A stretch of 32,000 bases of DNA, from contig CP001848.1 of NCBI GenBank assembly GCA_000025185.1, positions 5,370,001 through 5,402,000 of the forward strand, given 5' to 3'. Positions 28,898 through 32,000 of the stretch are shown here, in pieces. How positions within the stretch are numbered: the first letter of the stretch is position 1; each line of letters starts with the position of its first letter. The DNA is from Pirellula staleyi DSM 6068. Its GTDB lineage: Bacteria; Planctomycetota; Planctomycetia; Pirellulales; Pirellulaceae. The notes beneath the pieces were generated by a model, which was not told where the DNA came from, did no database searches, and saw only the letters and a program-made list of their open reading frames with translations. Both the position numbers and the translations under genes were made by a program.

Positions 28898-31582
28898 TCA
28901 GTGATTGAAGGCAAATTCTTTCGCGTTCAAAAGCGCCCAAAACAGATCTTTATACGCTTCGTGACGCTGGTCTTCGGGGCCAAGTTCGGCCAGCACTTGC
29001 TTCAGTTCTTCGTCGGTCGGCTTGCGCGACAAAGTCGCGAGGAACAGCTTCTCGACTAGCGCCTCTGGCTCGGGCGAATCTTTCATCCACTTGGCCAAGT
29101 TGGCATCAGCGTGAGCCAGTTTGGCGGTGAGTTCGTCGCCGCATTGCAGATGCAACAGCTGCGGAAGGGTGACATCGCCACTCCGCTCGCAGGCACAGGC
29201 AGTCACGCGGTTAGAGCGGCCGAAGAGCGACAAAAAGTACGACGCGACCCCTGGATCGGGCAACTGCACCGCGCGAATGCCCACCGGATAGCCCGGGAAA
29301 CTATCGGGCTGACCTGTCGAGGAGGTGATCGCATCGAGCAGCACTTCGGCCGGGAGTCGGCGAGCGTAGTAGTGCGAGTAAAAACGGGTCTCGAGTTCGT
29401 TACCCGCCACCGTTGCCGAGCTGAGCTGATAGGTGCGTGACAAGAGAATCAGCCGCATCACATGCTTGAGGTTGTAGTTCGAGGCGATCAGTTCGCTGCG
29501 CAAATGATCCCAGAGGGGCCGATTCGAAGGTGGATTGCTCGCGCGCAGATCGTCGACCGGCTCCACAAGCCCGACGCCGAGGAAATGCTTCCAAAGTCGA
29601 TTGACGATGTTGCCCGAAAAGTTCTCGTTCTGGGGATCGGTCATCCACTTCACGAGCGATTCGCGCGGGTCGCTGCCGGGAGCGATTTCGGTCGTAGCGC
29701 GGTCGAGAGGCTGCGGCGCGAGCTGCTGATTGGTGCGCGGCTGTCGCACTGTCACAGCCCGCTCGATCGACATGTTGCGACGTTTTTCGAGTTCCATCAA
29801 ACGCTGCTGTTTCTGCGCGAGTTGCTCCTCGAGCCCCTTGCGCGAATTCTTCACCGCTTCGTCATCGTTTTGCGGCAGCGCGGCAAGCTCTTTTTGCGTC
29901 GCGGCAATTTGATTGTTCTGGTCGTTGATCTCGCGATTGATTTGATGGGTCTCTTCAGAGACCAGCAGCAAGTTCGTCGGTCCTTGCATCGAATCTTGAC
30001 GATCGAAGCTCACGCGGCCAAAGAAGGCGGCGAAATGGTAGTAGTCGTCTTGGGTGTATTTCTCGAGTGGATGATTGTGGCACTTCGCGCAGCCAACTCG
30101 TGTGCCGAGAAAACCTTGAGCGACCGACGACACCACTTCCGATTCTTCCGCGCGACGAAATTCCCCCACGGTCACAATGTAGTAGCCGACTTGAGGTGTC
30201 GTAATCACATCCCCTTTGGCCGTGAGAACATCGGCCGCCATTTCGTTCCAGGGACGATTTTTGGCCACTTGCTCGCGCACCCAAGCATGCAAAGAACGGA
30301 CCCCCTTGGTGCCACGCACATCGTGATCGCGCTCACGACGGTTCTGCAAAATGTCGCATAGCTGAAGGGTCCAAAAATCGACAAATTCCGGCCGATTCAG
30401 CAGCGAATCGACCAGTTTTTGACGTTTGCTGGGATCGGTGTCGGCGGTGAAAGCAAGCACTTCTTCGGGCGTCGGAAGTGTGCCAATGGTGTCGAGCATC
30501 GCGCGACGCAAAAACGTCACGTCGTCGCACGGTGGCGAGACCGGAATACGAAGTGACGAAAGCTTGTTCATCACATGCTCGTCGACCGGGCTGTGGCGTT
30601 GTGCATACTGCTCGGGAGCAGGCGATGCGCTGAACGGAATCGTCAGTGGCATCACTTCCACATGATTCTGGAAATGGATCCGCACCACGGTCTCGCCGCT
30701 GCGGAGCATTTTGACCAGACCACCGGGAGAGACCTCCGCGACCGAAAGATCGTTCGAGAAAAACTGCGTCAGCCAGGTGACATCGCGGACGTCGCCATTT
30801 TCATAGTGCGCACGCACCATCAACTGCTGCTCGTCTCCCGGCTGATAAATCGAAGGAGGGGGAAAGACCTCGAGCTTCACACACGCTGGCTCGTTTTCAA
30901 CAAGCGCTGGCGTGCCGGCTTCGATCCAGCGAACGAGTGTTTGCACACTCGGATCGTTCTCGCTCCACAGTTTGCCACCACCGTGCGGAATCCGTCCAAG
31001 AGGCTTTTGTACGAGCAAGCTTTGGGCAGGCGCAGCGCGGTCGATGCGACGACCAAAAAACTCGCGCGTGATCCAGTCGTGATCCCATTCCGAAGCGTAG
31101 CCGCGCAGTGAAAGCTTGAAGCCGTTTTGCCCAGCGAGCTTGCCGTGGCAAGCCCCTTGATTGCAACCAAAGCGTGTCAGGATCGGCTGAATGTCGTGGC
31201 GGAAAGAAGGGACGAGCGGCGCGTCGGCTGTTGCCACTTTAACAACCACTGGCGCGATGAGGCCGTCGACTTCGACCATGAGTTTGGTTTCACCAGCAGC
31301 AGTGGCGACTACCGAAAGCTCGGTGCCGAGCGACACGATTCCTTGGGTATCGCCGGTGATCTTCGCAGCGCGTGTGACATCGACCGATCGCCCCGCATCG
31401 TCGACTTTCGAGACCAAAAGATGCTGCGTGGCCGATAGTCGAGGGAGGGTGATTTCAGAGGGGTACACCACAAGGCGTGTCTCGGCCGAGAGCATGCCAG
31501 CAGCCATCAACCCGAAGACGAGTGCGGCAATCGCAACAGCCGTGCGGCGAACGTTCGCACGCTCGTAAACTGGACGAATCAT
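28898..31582 (-). CDS. DUF1549 (PSCyt2-like) + DUF1553 (PSD1) protein with N-terminal signal/anchor, Ig-like region and central coiled coil
   Basis: Track ORF (894 aa). FRHDIQPILTRFGCNQGACHG and VGCAKCHNHPLEKYTQDDYYHFAAFF bracket the DUF1549 part. A coiled-coil stretch reads QINREINDQNNQIAATQKELAAL...QLAQKQQRLMELEKRR. The DUF1553-type C-terminus is ...FGRSNRVTACACERSGDVTLPQLLHLQCG.... Confidence 0.85.
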   Translation of the reverse strand: MIRPVYERANVRRTAVAIAALVFGLMAAGMLSAETRLVVYPSEITLPRLSATQHLLVSKVDDAGRSVDVTRAAKITGDTQGIVSLGTELSVVATAAGETKLMVEVDGLIAPVVVKVATADAPLVPSFRHDIQPILTRFGCNQGACHGKLAGQNGFKLSLRGYASEWDHDWITREFFGRRIDRAAPAQSLLVQKPLGRIPHGGGKLWSENDPSVQTLVRWIEAGTPALVENEPACVKLEVFPPPSIYQPGDEQQLMVRAHYENGDVRDVTWLTQFFSNDLSVAEVSPGGLVKMLRSGETVVRIHFQNHVEVMPLTIPFSASPAPEQYAQRHSPVDEHVMNKLSSLRIPVSPPCDDVTFLRRAMLDTIGTLPTPEEVLAFTADTDPSKRQKLVDSLLNRPEFVDFWTLQLCDILQNRRERDHDVRGTKGVRSLHAWVREQVAKNRPWNEMAADVLTAKGDVITTPQVGYYIVTVGEFRRAEESEVVSSVAQGFLGTRVGCAKCHNHPLEKYTQDDYYHFAAFFGRVSFDRQDSMQGPTNLLLVSEETHQINREINDQNNQIAATQKELAALPQNDDEAVKNSRKGLEEQLAQKQQRLMELEKRRNMSIERAVTVRQPRTNQQLAPQPLDRATTEIAPGSDPRESLVKWMTDPQNENFSGNIVNRLWKHFLGVGLVEPVDDLRASNPPSNRPLWDHLRSELIASNYNLKHVMRLILLSRTYQLSSATVAGNELETRFYSHYYARRLPAEVLLDAITSSTGQPDSFPGYPVGIRAVQLPDPGVASYFLSLFGRSNRVTACACERSGDVTLPQLLHLQCGDELTAKLAHADANLAKWMKDSPEPEALVEKLFLATLSRKPTDEELKQVLAELGPEDQRHEAYKDLFWALLNAKEFAFNH

Positions 31583-31715
31583 CGCCAGCGACTTTCTATG
31601 TAGGAAGCTGCCGTAGCGGCAAACTTATTCGGCGGGGTAGGAGAGGCAGGAGCCATCCATCAGAGGGCTCTGATAGCTTATTCGACCGACGGGGGGGCTG
31701 TAAAGCAATTCCAGT

Positions 31716-31739
31716 AGCCATTCTCGGCAAAGAATGGCT
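31716..31739. repeat. Inverted repeat AGCCATTCT-N6-AGAATGGCT in a divergent promoter region
   Basis: Perfect 9-bp arms read directly from the sequence. It lies between the DUF1549/1553 start (31582, -) and the Sua5-like start (31869, +). Function unknown. Confidence 0.6.
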
Positions 31740-31868
31740 CCGAAATCGCCACTGGCAGTGCCACCTCTCAAGCGACTTCGAGCGTTCGACGAACCGAGGC
31801 CGGATGACTAGAATCGTATGACCTTCCCCTGATGGTTCGTTACTCCGCTGGTCGCTAGCAATCGCAAA

Positions 31869-32000
31869 ATGGCCTCGCTCGAAAGCAACCCGGCTTCCCC
31901 AGAATCTCCTCCGATTGTCTCGGACGAGATCATCGCGCGCGGAGCACAACTGCTTGCAGCGGGGGAACTTGTTGCGATTCCTACCGAGACGGTCTACGGC
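31869..32000 (+). CDS. L-threonylcarbamoyladenylate synthase family (Sua5/YrdC/TsaC), N-terminal 44 codons only
   Basis: Not in the ORF track because it runs off the right edge. ATG 31869 gives MASLESNPASPESPPIVSDEIIARGAQLLAAGELVAIPTETVYG. The (V/F)P-TETVYG string is the YrdC-domain signature. Confidence 0.65.
   Translation, partial: MASLESNPASPESPPIVSDEIIARGAQLLAAGELVAIPTETVYG

Noticed and set aside
29462-31111. Plus-strand ORFs 29462-30361 (299 aa) and 30575-31111 (178 aa)
   Set aside because: They are antisense shadows of the DUF1549/DUF1553 gene.
31596-31949. 117-aa minus-strand ORF in the last intergenic region
   Set aside because: It overlaps the convincing Sua5/YrdC-type start on the plus strand and spans promoter DNA. 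It has no motifs or RBS.

Overview
GC-rich chromosomal window. The gene content looks planctomycetal, but that is inference only: no database search was possible. The supporting genes are a DUF1549/DUF1553 + DUF1501 pair, a Tat-signal Gfo/Idh/MocA oxidoreductase, a formylglycine-type sulfatase, a PQQ-like propeller, and giant repeat proteins with an Arg-rich/LExLExR N-terminus. The left 19 kb holds two head-to-head giant surface-protein paralogs separated by a PQQ-like beta-propeller gene. Gene A is on the minus strand, starts at 7333 and runs off the left edge; it is absent from the supplied ORF track because it has no stop in the window. Gene B is 9902-18832 (2,976 aa). The two giants share a near-identical, in-frame block of at least 1.42 kb in inverted orientation (1-1424 vs 15658-17081), flanked by much more diverged homologous sequence. 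This is the most interesting structure here. It points to gene conversion and/or an invertible ~14-kb segment that would swap N-terminal heads between C-terminal tails. The right 13 kb carries ordinary-looking genes: oxidoreductase, MarR-DUF1398-VOC cassette, prenyltransferase/squalene-oxidase-repeat protein, sulfatase, msrB, msrA and the start of a Sua5/YrdC-family gene. It also carries a minus-strand three-gene operon of unknown function, DUF1549/DUF1553 -> DUF1501 -> PPC-domain protein. I recognised no rRNA, tRNA, CRISPR array, transposase or integrase. All identities and compositions are by-eye estimates.
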